64,000 nucleotides of DNA from Carcharhinus longimanus (GCA_030264375.1 JASCQW010000099.1:65360087-65424086), one strand, 5' to 3'. Shown: positions 37,239 through 50,683, counted from the first letter of the stretch. The notes: a model not told the origin generated them from the letters alone. Translations and numbers: made by a program.

Positions 37239-37989
37239 ATATTGTGATTTTACTATTGTTTTATATGAATTTATCACTGCATCTCAGCTTTTAACTACCT
37301 TTTATATAACTGATGCACAGTGGCAGCAGTGTGTACACCATATAAGATGCACTGCAGCAACTCAGTAACACCACCACCTGCAAATTCCCCTTCAAGCCAA
37401 AGGGTATTTCTTATTTCCAGACTTTCTCAATTGTTATGATCTTTGGGTCACTGTTGCCTATTGGTGCAATATTTGCTACCAATTTGCTATTTGGGCCATT
37501 TGCTAACACCAAGTCAAGGTGTACACTATCTCTTGTGACTTTCATAACATGCAGGATAAGAAAGTATTTCCAGTTTAGATTAGGTTGCTAACCCCACCCA
37601 GCCACCCCTCCTCCCCAATCAGTATGATATTTTAACTACTTTTTTTATCTCTTTGTGAATAACTTGTACTTCTTATTACTTTGATCTGATACCCTCTAAT
37701 AACTGTAATCTTACCTTTGCTGATTTTGTATTGCATATTTCCAACTAGACCAGCTGCCAACATTTAACAATATACATCTTAATAGGCTAATCCTAATTCT
37801 CAAAATATTGCTTTTCTTATTTGTTCCCTTCAGCAATAACACCATTAATTTTCATCTTTTAATTTATTTTGTGGACCACTTTTTAAGTATACGAGTTTAA
37901 TAGTTGACCTATTTATTGTCTCTAACAGGACACTGGCACCAATCTAGTTTAGATGAAGTACAAAGAACGTAATATATTCTAATCTGCAT

Positions 37990-38740
37990 CCCTCACCATC
38001 CATTGATGTACTAATTCACTTTCTGACAATCCACGGATTGGATTTAATGGGGTGCCATAGGCCCTGCCATTGCCTGCCCATCCTCCCGATTCCCCCCAAC
38101 TCCCCCTCCAGACAGCTGCTCTGCATCTGTTAAAGGGCCTCAATTGAGTTGAGGTGGAACTTGTTCTTCTCAGAAATAGGAAGTCCTGCCTCAAAGATCT
38201 GTCGCTAATCAAACAGCTATATGGACTGGCAGCGCCACTGGGAGCAGTAAGCATAGTTGGTACTGCAGTGAAGCTGAGGGCAGCATGTGGCGTTGGATTA
38301 CAAATGGCTGGTGAGTCTGGCATTTCGCTAGGGCCAAGCTGGTGAGGGGTTCCAGGGTGTTGGCAGGCTGTGGTACTTGAGCTGGGGGAAGAGGGGAGAA
38401 GCAGGGGTAGGGTTGGGAGAATGAATTAGCTCTTTGGGACTCTTTGTTGAGCTCTAGGAACTTGTTAAAAAGGGATTGCTATCACTAGCCTATGCAGGGT
38501 AAATTGGTATTGACCTCTCCCACCATATTTAAATCCCACAAATGGTCTGATGAGCCCCTGAGGTGGAAATTAATTATCCACAACAGCCTAAATTGGCCCA
38601 ATGCTGGGCCAGTTATCCAAAGCCCCCCACCTCTGATATAATTGTGGAAGGAGCAGTGATGTAAGCAGCCCACTGCATTGGATTTAATTGCCTTGCCCCA
38701 GGCTTCAAACCCACTGATGAGGAAATCTTAAATCTAGCCT
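37990..38740. mobile_element. Decayed GC-rich non-autonomous DNA element (Harbinger-like)
   Basis: Shares GGCCTCAATTG/ATTTAAAT subterminal motifs with other GC-rich repeats in the window. Confidence 0.35.
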
Positions 38741-38895
38741 GTCCAATGCATGCCATCAAGAATAGTTCAAATTTCTACCCCCGAGATTTGACATTTTAAT
38801 CCAGAATTGAACTCCTCAAACTTCCTCTGCCTTTCAAATACCATTCTTTCTAATCTGAACTGTAATGTCTGGATGTTTTCCTTTCCTCTCCATAG

Positions 38896-39012
38896 GTTTT
38901 TGCATCAATTCCTTGATATTCCAAAACCAGGTGTGCTGGAAACAGGATTTCATGCAGGATCTGTTATTAAGACTCATTGTTTAGATTTGAACATGAGCAA
39001 TGGTCTGTGGAG
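38896..39012 (+). CDS. Candidate 117-bp exon (phase 2-2): FLHQFLDIPKPGVLETGFHAGSVIKTHCLDLNMSNGLW; host gene uncertain
   Basis: Strong acceptor ttttcctttcctctccatag and donor GAG|gtaaga; only one open frame; its 3' 87 bp recur at 54117-54203 ending exactly at the donor. Confidence 0.55.
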
Positions 39013-39147
39013 GTAAGATAACAGGAGGATTTGAAAACATAGTAAAAATGAAATGACACCCGACTTCCATCAACAACCCAACTATCACCTCAGAGTTTTA
39101 GGCAGGAAACTGACAACAGTATGCACAGGATACCCAGGAGTTAACAT

Positions 39148-39402
39148 TCAATCTGCACCGACCAGAATCCCTATCCAGGCCCTATCCCCATAACTCCATG
39201 TATTTACCCCCCTGAGACTAAGAAGCAATTTAGCATGGCCAACCTAATCTGCACATCTTTGGACTGTGGGAGGAAACCCAAGCACCCAGAGGAAACTCAC
39301 GCAGACACAGGGAGAATGTGCAAACTCCACACAGTCACCCGAGGCTGGTTTTGAACCCGGCGCTGTGAGGCAACAGTGCTAACCACTGAGTCACTGTGCT
39401 GT
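39148..39402 (-). mobile_element. HE1-type SINE
   Basis: Reverse complement head and core clearly present. Confidence 0.85.
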
Positions 39403-40859
39403 CAGAGTTGCCATCATGGTGCCAAAATAAGGCCTGTTTATTGCCCAACTTGCCCTTGCATGCTCAATCCCCACCCTAAACTAAAGTTGTGGCTTGAATT
39501 TTTCCCACTTTACATTTAATATTATTATAAAATAATGGCCACAGCCAGGGTTTCCACCACACTTAAGGCTCCAAGGAATTTCCTTGTCTTCTCCTTTAAA
39601 TTGAACAAAATGTCTTTTACACCAAACATTTGGCAACATTTGCAAATTTGACATACAAATGGGCGGTAAGAGAAAATGGATTCCTTTGTTGTAAAGTAGG
39701 GCACATTAACTTGGATTTTAAAATCCATGAATATATTGTCTTTCAGGTGGATTAGATCAAACAAAATCCCTCTTGTGTAGCATGTATGTGATGTCATGTT
39801 AGACCTATTTAAGTGACAAAACAGATCAGATCTTGATTACAAAAGAAACAAATACACTGTATAATTGAGTAAGCTTTTATGTACATGAGAAAGACATTTC
39901 AGAATTGCACGCAATCTGTGTTCATTAATAAATTTATTCAGTAGACTTCATATATATATACACACATAAAATATGCTACAGTGGAACACCCCTTGTGTTG
40001 TCAAAAATGCTATTATTAATTTGCAGATCACATCATAATCATTAGTCTTTAATGTAGATCAGTATCATTAATTGATGCATTAATGCATCGAACATGACGT
40101 ACTTTGTCAATTTCTTTCTCCTTTGTCCAGCTGCTTTCAGTCACATTTCTCCTATTGCAAAAGGGACTGAAAAATCGCTATCCTGAAGATTTATACCCAA
40201 CCACTCTGGTGCCATGCCAAGTCAAAAAATGTTCCCTCCACGTCAATGCCGCCTGTCGTGAAAGACAATTGCCACTCTCAAATCTCCCTTATCTGAATTT
40301 CTGAATCATACTTCACTGCAAAAACAAAGTATCAGCCTATTTGTAGCTTGGCCTCTCCTCATTTACTCACTGGTCTACAGTAAACCTCTACTTCAGGGTC
40401 TGTGCTGTGCTTTTCCTAATGCAACTCTAATCTCTGCTGCCTCCCACATTTACAGTTTCAACAGCAGACCTTACATCTAGGGAATTCCATCCATGTGGTT
40501 CAAATACCAGAAATTTTAAGTACAGGAAGAGAAGCTTCTTGTTGGCTGTCATGGCTGTTCTTTTGGAGAGTTTCCATGACCACTGATCAAGAGATGCTGA
40601 TTGATCATTGATTGCTTACTAGAAAGATGGTTGCTTGTCTACATCAGGAAATATCAGTAACAAACCAGAAAAAAAATGTAAGTAGAAGCAAAATGCTAAC
40701 ATACTTCACTAAGTCAGAGACACACTCTGCAAAGCTTTAAAAACAATATGAAGGTTCAACGTTCAGATAAACTAAGGGAGCTAAGAGGTGATAACATTTA
40801 GTTTATTTTTATTCTAATGTGGCAACAAAAAAGAGGAACCTTTTTTAAGAGACAACATT

Positions 40860-41170
40860 ACGGGATGGACAAGATAGACTCAAGAGATTACACTGACTTG
40901 GCAGGGATACTGAACAGATGCTTTGCATCATTTTTCACTGAAGACGCTACTAAAGACGAAATGATAACAGTAGAAGGCAAGATTAGTATTACAACAGTTC
41001 AGATAGAAAGAAAGGGAAACTGGATAAGCCAGGCAATTTTAAGTAAGCAAGATCCCAGGTTCCAATGGATTACACCAACAATTCCTCAAAGCAATTGGAG
41101 AGGTGACAGCAGAGGTATTAGGATCAATCTATACAGATTAATTAACTAGAAAATGGAACCATGCTGCAGA
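40860..41170 (+). mobile_element. Old CR1 LINE fragment
   Basis: LAGILNRCFASFFTE (A.ILN.YFASVFT) followed by a K.PG.DG.HP-like region. Confidence 0.55.
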
Positions 41171-41261
41171 AGGGTTATAGAGAAAATGTCAGGGGCGATT
41201 AGCACTACAATTTACACTAATGCGTTTAATACAAATCGTATAAATTAAGGTTAAGTGTTAT

Positions 41262-44200
41262 GGGGCGGGGGATCTCACTGGGCAATTATTTATGCACATA
41301 TAAAGAGACATTTATTGACACTGGTGGTGGGCTGTAGAGTTAAGGAATTTTAATTTGTTGGCAAAATCTTTTGGTCCCACAAGCAGTGAAAAGGTTGGCA
41401 GATGGGGGAACTTAATTTGGCCAAAAATCAGTTTCCCGGGATGTTAAAGGTAGATTAAGCCAGGACAAAGTTCATGATGTACAATGTCAGGAAGCCCTTT
41501 TGCATGCATTAATATGTCATGCATGCTCATCAAAAGGCATGCATTGAGTCATGTATCCCTTGAAATTAAGTTCCCTACCAGCAAGAAATTAGAATGTTCA
41601 TTTTTTCAACTGCATATAAGAAGCGTGCACCTTGTCAGCTTCACTTCTTCCATGGCTTTGAGGTGAGTAGACGCTACTTCTGCCTTCTTGGGAGCTACTC
41701 ATACCTTGACATATATCAGCTGCTGGTAAGACAAGGGTGTAGTGGGCTAGACACAGGAGGCAGGCTAAGGGTGAAGGATGGGTATGGAGGCTGGATTTGA
41801 AGGGCAGGCAAGGGCTGCAAGGGAATAGAAAGCGTCAGGAAGGAAGACACTGCCCAGAGAAGAACAAGTGTGTTCAGGAAAGGATGAGGTAAATAACATC
41901 TGGGGGAAAGAAGAGACTGTTGGGGTAAGGGGGTGAGGCAGTGAGGGGAATGTGAAAGTGCAGCAACATGAGATGGAGGGAAAGGCCTTTCATGTTAAGT
42001 TTGAGAATCTTATGGCTGGGTGGAAGAAGGGGGTTTATAGCAATGATAGTTGGAGAGAGATGGTCCTATAGGATGGGCCTCAGTGCTGTCGATGGTGGGA
42101 TCCTGGGGTTGAACTGAGGGCACTGGGCAGAAGAGGGAATAGTCAGGGGGAGAACGGGATGTGGTAGGATGGAAAGTTCAAGGTAGAAGTACAGTGGATG
42201 AAAGTTTCATAGGGTGATTGAAGCGGACTATGCAGGTTGCTTGGATAATTGGGGGCACGGGGCAATTTCAGCTGAGCATGGGGACAGCCCTGGAACGAAG
42301 GAAAGCATATGAAGGTGGAGGTGAATGGTAATCGGGTTTGGGGTAATGGAGGAAGTTTAGGGGTGTCAGAAGGGAGCGGAATGGTGATATTGCGTGGGTC
42401 TAAGCTGATGGGAGGGAAGTTGGTGATTGACAGTGGGAGGGTAAAAGGTAGTAGAGTCAGTCTCAAAACTGACTTGCACCATTTTTCCAGTAGCAAAGCA
42501 ACACATTTTAAAACGGCAATGGCTAGAAGTGGAAGGAAGGTCTTTTCTGTGGCTGGTATTCAGGGGCAGTGTAATTGCCGACTGTAGGGACACCTAAATA
42601 AACAAGAGACAACTGCATGTCAACCATGCTCAGTTATATTCTCCACTCCATGGTGAAGCCCACTTGGCAGCAATACAAATGTCTCAACTTTGAGATCCCA
42701 ACAGGATGAACAGGAAGAACAGGATGTCCTCCAGGATGTCTTTCACCTGGAAGGACTGGAGTGGGAAAGTCATGTCCAAACAGAAGCCAGAGACAAGGCT
42801 AAGCAATGGCTTGGTGGCTTTAAGATGGAAGCAAACCTGTAAAAAATATATTCAGTAGATTAATTACTTCAATTCATTCACACATCCACTGAGGCAACAG
42901 GGTGAGGAGCTGCCATTCATTCTGTGCCATTTGTTATCTGCTACTGTCAGAGACAGGGCTAAAGGGAGGGAGGTGGATGCTTCAAGGAGCACAGCTTGTG
43001 GATGGCAGCCAACTCCCAGCACCAAATCTCCGTCCTCCCAGGTGAATGGTCATGTCTGACAAGGGCTCATGTGATTAGTCTTTCTATGCTGTCAAGATAA
43101 TGATCTTTCTATAGAGTCTGAAGAATAAGCTGAATAGTGTTGGAGGAAGGCTTCTTGCACATGGCTCTCAGCACCCTGGTCAAAAAGCAATGCTTCCTTG
43201 TGCAGTCATTTATGAACAGAAAGAACAGGATGTCCTCCGGGACGTCTTTCACCTGGAAGGAATGGAGTGGGGAAGTCATGTCCAAACAGAAGTCAGAGTC
43301 AAGGCTAAGCAATGGCTTGCTGGCTCTGAGATGAAGGCAAACATATAAAAAATATATTCTGTCAATTTATTTCTTCAATTCATTCACACATCCACTGAGG
43401 TATAGATGATGCAGAGTCCAAGAAACACTGCCTTTCTATTGGCTCTCGTCCAGATGAGGAGAAGGAGGCTGCAGGTTGGCACAGGGCCATGAGGAGCATG
43501 GCCTGAGCAGCAAGAAGCAGTGGGATGTCAAGAAGGTCAAGATGCTGGCAAACAGGGTTCACTGCATTGGAAAGCAATGGTTTGATCACAGCTATATCAC
43601 AGGCAGCACAGCTATCTACAAATGAGCAAAAGGTAATGTTGGAGGCGTCTTCAGATGTTTAGGAATGTGATGGCACAAAGCTTCTCCATGCCAGTTTCTC
43701 CACGATGACCTGCAGCCACAAAGAATTGGTGTAATCCCATGCTGGTGGCATTGAAGGTCACTGCCTAAATCTTCTCTACAAGTGCTCCTTCCAGGATTCC
43801 ATTGTGGCTCCATACTGCATCTCCCTGTGTCAGCATACTCAAGTGCATTTTGGTGGTGAGATGCCCTCTTCAGGAGATCGCACCAATTTGTTCAATTCTG
43901 CCTGGATCTCAGAAGCCAGGCTCCAAGACAGTTGGGATTTGCAGCAATCTCAGGTTTGCTACAAGTGCAGGGTGCGATTGATAATATGCATGTGGCCTGA
44001 GAGCTTTTGTTTGTGCTCAGTTCCCAGGGAGCTCTCATGGCACCTACATTCTGACCCAACCCCAGGTGCCACAGGGTTCTGAAGAACCTCAGCGATTGCA
44101 GGGCTGGTTCCTTGAGGACAAGAAATACCCCCAAAGGACCTGAATAATGGCACCAGTTCGCTGTCCACAGAGTGCTGCAGAGGAGAGGTACAATTCCACA

Positions 44201-44600
44201 TTGGCTCCTGGCTAAGCAAATAATAATTTTCTAAAGAGGAAGTTCAGATGTCTAGACTGCTTAGGCAGGACTCTCCAATACTTATCATTGTGTGTGTCCC
44301 AGATCGCAACTGTCTGATGCACCTTACACAACCTAACGCTACAAAGGGAGGTTGCCTTGGCTGAGGGAGACAAGGAGGACTGAAATGTAATCTCTGATAG
44401 GAGGATGGTAAAGGGGATGGAGCTAACGAGGACCAGGATGTCACCGAGCCACATGCAGAGGCCACAGCAGGACTGCAACGTGGCAGACAGACCCTTAACA
44501 ATTTGATAACTATCAGATGCCAGGCAGTGTCTGCAAATTGCTCATTTATTTCTTTAATCTTCTGTTTTTTATCCTCTGCTGGCTGGAAGGTACAAGCTCA
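41262..44600 (+). mobile_element. PIF/Harbinger element remnant with transposase pseudogene (~43560-44520)
   Basis: GLLQVQGAIDNMHVA (cf. GFP.V.GAIDCTHV), KFRCLD, CTLHNL, acidic tail; possible Myb-like KRAP at ~41620. Confidence 0.7.
42706..43400 (+). repeat. 189-bp direct duplication (42706-42894 and 43212-43400)
   Basis: Colinear copies, roughly 85% identical by eye. Confidence 0.9.
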
Positions 44601-44627
44601 TTTTTGGTTACAGGCACTGGTGGGGGG

Positions 44628-45790
44628 TAGGGGGTTCTCCTAAAAAAAAATCTTAAGTGTTGAATTTGTGTAAAAACTGGAGTAAATCATGCTGGTTTAC
44701 TCAGCGGGAATTTCAAAATGAATCTCCCACACTCTCTGCACTGCAGAGTGCACTCATGTGAATCAGTCCAAAGAGCCGTGGGTGGGGCCTATTCCCACTA
44801 GAGAGGCCAGCAGCATAGCACTGAGCAGGAAATTTCACATGTGCTGATCTCTTGGCACCAAGATTGGCGCATGCGCAGTGACCTCGCATTGCTGGTCTCC
44901 TGATTGCTGGCTAGCTCAATTGCTGGCCATGCAACCCCCCAACATTGCTGAATCACTGGCCCTCCAAACATGCCCAGGCCCGCTTCGACTTTTCACCCTC
45001 TCACCCACAGGCCGCTTCACTGTTTGCCCCCTCCCCACAGCCCCGATCTGCCTCGTAGTCCCAATCCCCCCCCACCAGTATCCCAGAAGACCCCATAGCA
45101 GGCTGACCGCCCCTCCAACCATTCCCCTTCCCCCCACCCTCCCCGATGGCCAGCTCCAATCGCTGGCCTCCCTCCTTCCCTCTGTCACTCAGTCCAAATG
45201 CAGGGTGGCAGCAGGACCCCTCACCCCACCAATCGCCCCCAGAGCCCCATCCCCATTCAGCCTCACCCCTTGGCACTGCCCAATGAGTGTTGGGAAGTGC
45301 CATGATTCTCCCTGGACATCAGTACTTTGCCCGTTGGGCAGCGCCAGGGGGTCCAGCTGGCATTGCTAAGATGGCAATGCCCAAGGGGCACCCACCTCAC
45401 CACCCGACCCTCTGGTGGACCCTTGATGGCCAGCCCCTTTACAACAGCGAGGTCAGATTGCCAGCACCTTGCAAGAGCAGAGCTATACTAAACCCTGCTG
45501 GAGTGAACCACTCCTGGCCAGGGCGGGGAGCAGGAGAAAGATACTAGCGTGCCTGGAGATTTCAGTCATGGGCCCGCTAATGAGATTGAAGTTGAATGCA
45601 AATGAATATTTGCATAAACTGTGCAGCTCCGCACCAATTTCTGCAGCGAAACCAACGGCACCAGAAATCCGGCTGCCAGAGATTGCGGAGGCTGTGGCGC
45701 CCAGTGGGGAGCCTGCAAAAAGTCCTCTGCTAGAGTCTCCTGGCCTGCTGCAGTACAAAAGCAGTACAGTGGACTAAGAGAATCGCCTGC
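44628..45790. mobile_element. GC-rich non-autonomous DNA transposon (Harbinger-type MITE)
   Basis: GGGGTTCTCC left end and GAGAATCGCC right end; contains AATGAATATTTGCAT. Confidence 0.55.
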
Positions 45791-47015
45791 TATGCTTTTT
45801 TCTAGTGTACCTTGATAGCTGAATTAAATTGCACACGTTACCATTTGCCCTGCTGATGGTTTGATCCTTTGTATGTATTAAACTATACTAATGTGCAGAA
45901 CTCTGGTACTAAATGTACACATTAGAACCTGTACAGCACGCCATTCTCCCACAACCTTAGGCACCTGTAAGTAAAATTGTAATTGCACCCATGTCCTCAC
46001 AAAGTTCTTATGTATGGCAACTTGGAAGGATTAGTAAATCTAATCTCGGCAGGAATGCACTCTTGAATGACTACTTGCTCTCAATGGAGGGCTGATGCAG
46101 AGAACCAGATAGATGGGTCCACAGAAAACAGCAGCAACAGTACACCATTTGGCCACTCAAGATCATTCCTCCATGCATGTTGATGGAAGATCGTGTTCCT
46201 GTCTCCTCGCTCATAGAAAACCCATATCCTTTTACATCCTTATCCTGCAACAATATATTAAGTTAACTCTGGAGTCCACTCACCAAGAATGCCTCATCTG
46301 CATCATGGGTTTCTGAGGTGCAACCACTCAAGACCCTCCAATCATTGAGGCCCCTAGTCCTAGATAGCCTTAGCATTAATGCAGGAGTATGATCCATCAT
46401 TGTGGACATCCCAACCAAGGTAAATTTTTTTGCATGGACTTTGCAGAGGCCTGTTAGAGCTGCTGATGTTTCATATGGATAGTTTCACTATCCTCAGCAC
46501 TGTCCTCAGCACGGTCCAGTAGGTCTGTTCTATTCTCTCATCTCATGCACTAAAAGCCCACCCTTCAATGTTATCTGAGGCACTTTGGTAGCAAACCCTT
46601 TTTTTGAGTTTAAGATCAGGAAAAAGAAGGCTTAAGGGAAATGACTGGAGGCAAATTTACAATAAGCTGCTTCTTTGTGAATGGTACATATATTAGAAAT
46701 AAGATGCCAGAACTGGATGAGAATATCAGAAATAAGCCCAGCTGTGGCATTCTGTGACACTACGGCAACTGACAGTGTTGGAAGTTTGAACATGGGGCAA
46801 CAGGAGACTTTTAATGTTTACACCACACAGTATAAAAAGGGAAATCATTGCCTTCTTATCTAGGTTTTGTTTTGTTCCGCAGTGTAAATAAATATAAATT
46901 GAGTTGCATACAATACCAGCTTAAATGCTCTTTAAATTACTATATTTCTTCAATAATTTGTTCTTCTCATTGAGTATATTATTCAAATGTTTTTGGATGC
47001 ATCTTATGTTGTATT

Positions 47016-47115
47016 TTATATCTGTAAAGGTAGATGATGTACATTGTAGACAAGAGTTTCAACAGGCTTAAAGGTTTTCCCTTGAAGTACAAATCCATTT
47101 GATGTTGAAGCAATT
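47016..47115 (-). CDS. MUC4/SUSD2-like gene, probable last coding exon: (E)IASTSNGFVLQGKTFKPVETLVYNVHHLPLQI*
   Basis: Acceptor ttttcctattgtgtttacag; phase 2 matches the TM exon; in-frame TAA. Confidence 0.65.
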
Positions 47116-47179
47116 CTGTAAACACAATAGGAAAACAATTTGTTATAACTGGATAAATTAACAGTAGCAGCATTAAATG

Positions 47180-47570
47180 TTATTCAATATCTTTGAGAGC
47201 TGCATGTTATTGAATATGTCATATTATTAAACATATTTATTTGAGAATTGCACATTATTAAATATATTGGGGAACTGAATTCAATCATTTAGACAATCGA
47301 ATGCTGTTAAACAAAAGCTTGTTATTGCTGGTTTATAATTCAGAATTGCTCATTGCTGAATATGTTTGAGAATTGTGTCTTACTGAATAACTTTGAAAAC
47401 TGGGCATTGTTGCACGTGTTTGAGAAATATAAATTATTGTAACTTAAGTTTGAGAATTATGTCTTACTGTGTGTGAATTGTACGTTCTTGAATGTTGCAT
47501 ATTCCAATTGGATGGTTTTGACAGTATTTCAGAATTCTACAATATTGAAGAACTGTGTCATATTGAATGT
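47180..47570 (+). repeat. Degenerate ~28-bp AT-rich tandem repeat (TTTGAGAATTG...TTATTGAATATG)
   Basis: Repeated TTGAGAATT / TTGAATAT units. Confidence 0.6.
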
Positions 47571-47784
47571 ATTTAGATTTGCATACTTTGAAGGCATCTC
47601 TAACGCCATTGACTACTTCATCCTCCTCCAATGTCCTTCCTTTGGTCCATCTCTGAGATACTAATCGATTTGGTTCCATGCTTACCTGACCTAACACAGG
47701 CACTAGGTTGTTGATAATGATTTCTCCTCCTCTCCTTTACAATTATCTGCACACTGCCCTTTGGAAACATTTTAGAGAAACATA

Positions 47785-48590
47785 GGGGGGAATATTACCA
47801 ATAAATGGTAGAGTGTTGGTTCCAGTGAGAACCCAAGTTGTTTCACACCATTATGCAGCGGGGTAGGGCCTCAACATGCCAGCAAAACCTGGATGCACTG
47901 AGAATGGGGTGCCATCTTTAAAGGGCACCCCGATCATAACAGGAATAAACCTCTCCCAAAACCCACCACTGAGGTCTCAGGGGCTCTCCTCCCCAGAGTC
48001 AGCACTTCCTCCCTTCCCTGATCATTGACCCCTTCTCCTGACCATCAGCCCCTTACCCCCTCACCCCTCTCACAATGCCCCCCCACCCCCGATCTCCCAC
48101 TCTATTGCTAGCATCCCCTGCTCCTCCATCTATTCTCAGTCCACAACCAAATCTGAATTAATTCCCACCCCTCCCCATATAAGACTCCCATAGGGGTCAG
48201 TTCCTTGGTATAAATGGGCACAGGCAGGTTGGAATTGTCAGGTTGGCATGGGCATGATGCCAAACTGGCAGTGCCAACTTGTGCCAAGAGACAGTGCCAA
48301 GAGGCCAGGCCACTACCTGCCCATGAACCTCTCCCTTGGGGGCTGAACGCGCCTTTATGCCCCTGAGGAGACCCTCACAATATGTTTACATCTTGTTGTA
48401 AATGGCATCAGTGTGACGTCATGCGGATGCCCATGAATATCCGGCGGGGGGGCAGAGGGGGGTTGTCCCAGAGACAATAGCTTATTATTGACATGCTAAC
48501 GTATTAAAATGAGCTTCTTGGATGCCCGCGGCATTTTGCAAGCTACTCCAACTGGAACGTGGAAACCAACTGACATGAATTGCGCTGAGT
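47785..48590. mobile_element. GC-rich non-autonomous DNA element
   Basis: GGGGTGCCATCTTTAAAGGGCACCCC palindrome and GGCAGTGCC motifs shared with 44628-45790. Confidence 0.45.
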
Positions 48591-49649
48591 CTCTCTATTT
48601 TCAGGTTTGCTATTTTGCAATTATGCTTAAAGGCATACATTCCCACTTGCTGCTGTTTAATAATTAATAATCACCTTCAACCTGCGGTCATTTCAGCAAC
48701 TGAAGTTTTGTTTAAATAGATTCAATATTTCCTCCTTTTTTGAAAATACTAACGCACTGGGATAAATGCTAACATATTATCCAGCTGCCCAATTCTATGT
48801 GTGAGTGAAGACAGTGAATGCATGTTATTAGAACCTAAAAACAAGCATCAGAGGTAAATTTGAGCCCAGAATTTCCTGCAACTGCACAATCTGTGTTTAA
48901 ATTACACAGTTTTGTGCTGTAAACAAATACCATGGTTTCCTGGAGAAGTAATTTGATCATACTGCAGCAAGCAAACCAAGGGTCTCAAAAGTGGTGCAGC
49001 CTATGGCTAATCATACTATATTGACGACTTAACTGGGCACAACCTGAATTATTGAATTCTTTTCGCTAAGAATTAAACATGTTAAGAAAGAACAAACATT
49101 TTACTTTACTCAGTCAATTAGTGTAATTCATGAGTTCAAACATTCACGTTTTTCAATCTCAGTGGTTACAGCAAGAAAACTTACACAAATTCAGCAAATG
49201 TGTTGCTGCATTGATATAATGCTGTTGGGAGGGAGAAGTGTAGTAGCACAGCTAGGATTATTTTGCACAAATTTTGATGACAATGCTGCCTGAGCAGCAA
49301 AACAATCCCATGAAATTATGGCATGGTGTAAATAATGACACAACTTACTTATGCTGTAATTTTATCTATCATTTGTGACAAAAAACTAATGCATTATTCC
49401 ACTGGTGCAAGTATCTAGAAAATTCTGGGTCTTTTTTTTGATCTTATCCTCACCCTGACATTCACACATGCACAGTTTCCAACTGAGGTCACTGTACTAT
49501 ATTCACCAATGTGTTTTTTGCCTTCCTCTAGTCCAATGGCACAGAAGTAGATGTTGGTATTTACGCTACTGGTGAAAAGTTACCACAGTTAACTCAAAAC
49601 AGACCAGAGATCAGAGCTAGAATCTCTTGAGTCTGTGTGTTTCATATTT

Positions 49650-49788
49650 GTGATGTGGATATGCCGGCGTTGGACTGAGGCCAGAACTCTCCATTCACCT
49701 GACGAAGGGGCTAACCCGAAAGCTAGTGAATTTACTATCAAATAAATCGGTTGAACTGAAACCTGGTGTTGTCAGACTTTTTACTGTG
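49650..49788 (+). mobile_element. Short Penelope-like pLTR insertion with 14-bp TSD
   Basis: TGATGTGGATATGCCGGCGTTGGACTG...AATAAA...ACCTGGTGTTGTCAGACT; TGTGTTTCATATTT at 49636-49649 and 49785-49798. Confidence 0.8.
49693..49731 (+). ncRNA. Minimal type I hammerhead ribozyme (Penelope-associated)
   Basis: ATTCAC-CTGACGA-A-GGG(gctaa)CCC-GAA-AGCT-A-GTGAAT: helix I 6 bp, CUGANGA core, helix II, GAAA, palindromic helix III. Confidence 0.75.
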
Positions 49789-50559
49789 TTTCATATTTAG
49801 CAGCAAATGTATTTGCCCGGTATGAGAGACTACTGATTAGACAATTATTTTGAACACATCAGGCTGGCACTTGCTGTTGATCTCTAAGAATGCTACCAAC
49901 AAAGGTCTCAATCCTCCCTGGCAAGTGGATTTTCCTTTTCTCAACGTCAGTTTGAATCTGGCGCCAAGTCAAGGGGATCTCCTCATGTCCAGCAGCATTG
50001 ATGTTATCAAGCACAGTAAGCATTTTCAGACAGCAAACCGGGAAGTAACAATCACTTTTAATTTTAAATTTTACGTATAACAAAATAAATAATGGGGCCC
50101 ACAATGGAATTCATGTAGAAATGTTAATTTTGATTTACTATTTTAAAAGTCTGTAGTATCAAAATGAAGAATTTGGCACTCAATAAATACAAAATTACTC
50201 ATTCAAGGCAAGTGAGGCTATGTAACAGTAATTATGAACTTATTATCCACTTAAAAACCCTATCACACCGCATTTAACAAGATATAATTTTATCAAAGAT
50301 CTTTACAATGTGACTAAAAGCATAAGAGTGGAAGTTCTCATCAGTTCATTGATTTAGAATTGATTCCATTCTGGGAGAACCTCAAAGGTTCACCCTTAGG
50401 GGAAGTGTAAAATAACTGACTGCAATGTCTCGATTTCTGCTTTTGCTTGTGAAAGTGTGGACTACAGAAATTGCTGTCAGTTGCAGAGGAGTAACAATGG
50501 AAAATATCGACAGTTTCAGTATCATTACAACTGTTGTGTTTAAAGCTGAGCATACTTAC

Positions 50560-50683
50560 TCTGCTTTCACTTTCCTTCTAATGCAATAGTAGAAAATTGG
50601 TAATGCAAGCAGAAGTAACAGTAATGGGATTCCTATTCCCAACACCAGGCCTATCAGCAGTCTGTCTTGGTTGCCAGCATTGT
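50560..50683 (-). CDS. MUC4/SUSD2-like gene, transmembrane exon: NAGNQDRLLIGLVLGIGIPLLLLLLALPIFYYCIRRKVKA
   Basis: cag acceptor and gtaagt donor; hydrophobic helix followed by RRK stop-transfer; phase 1-2. Confidence 0.88.
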
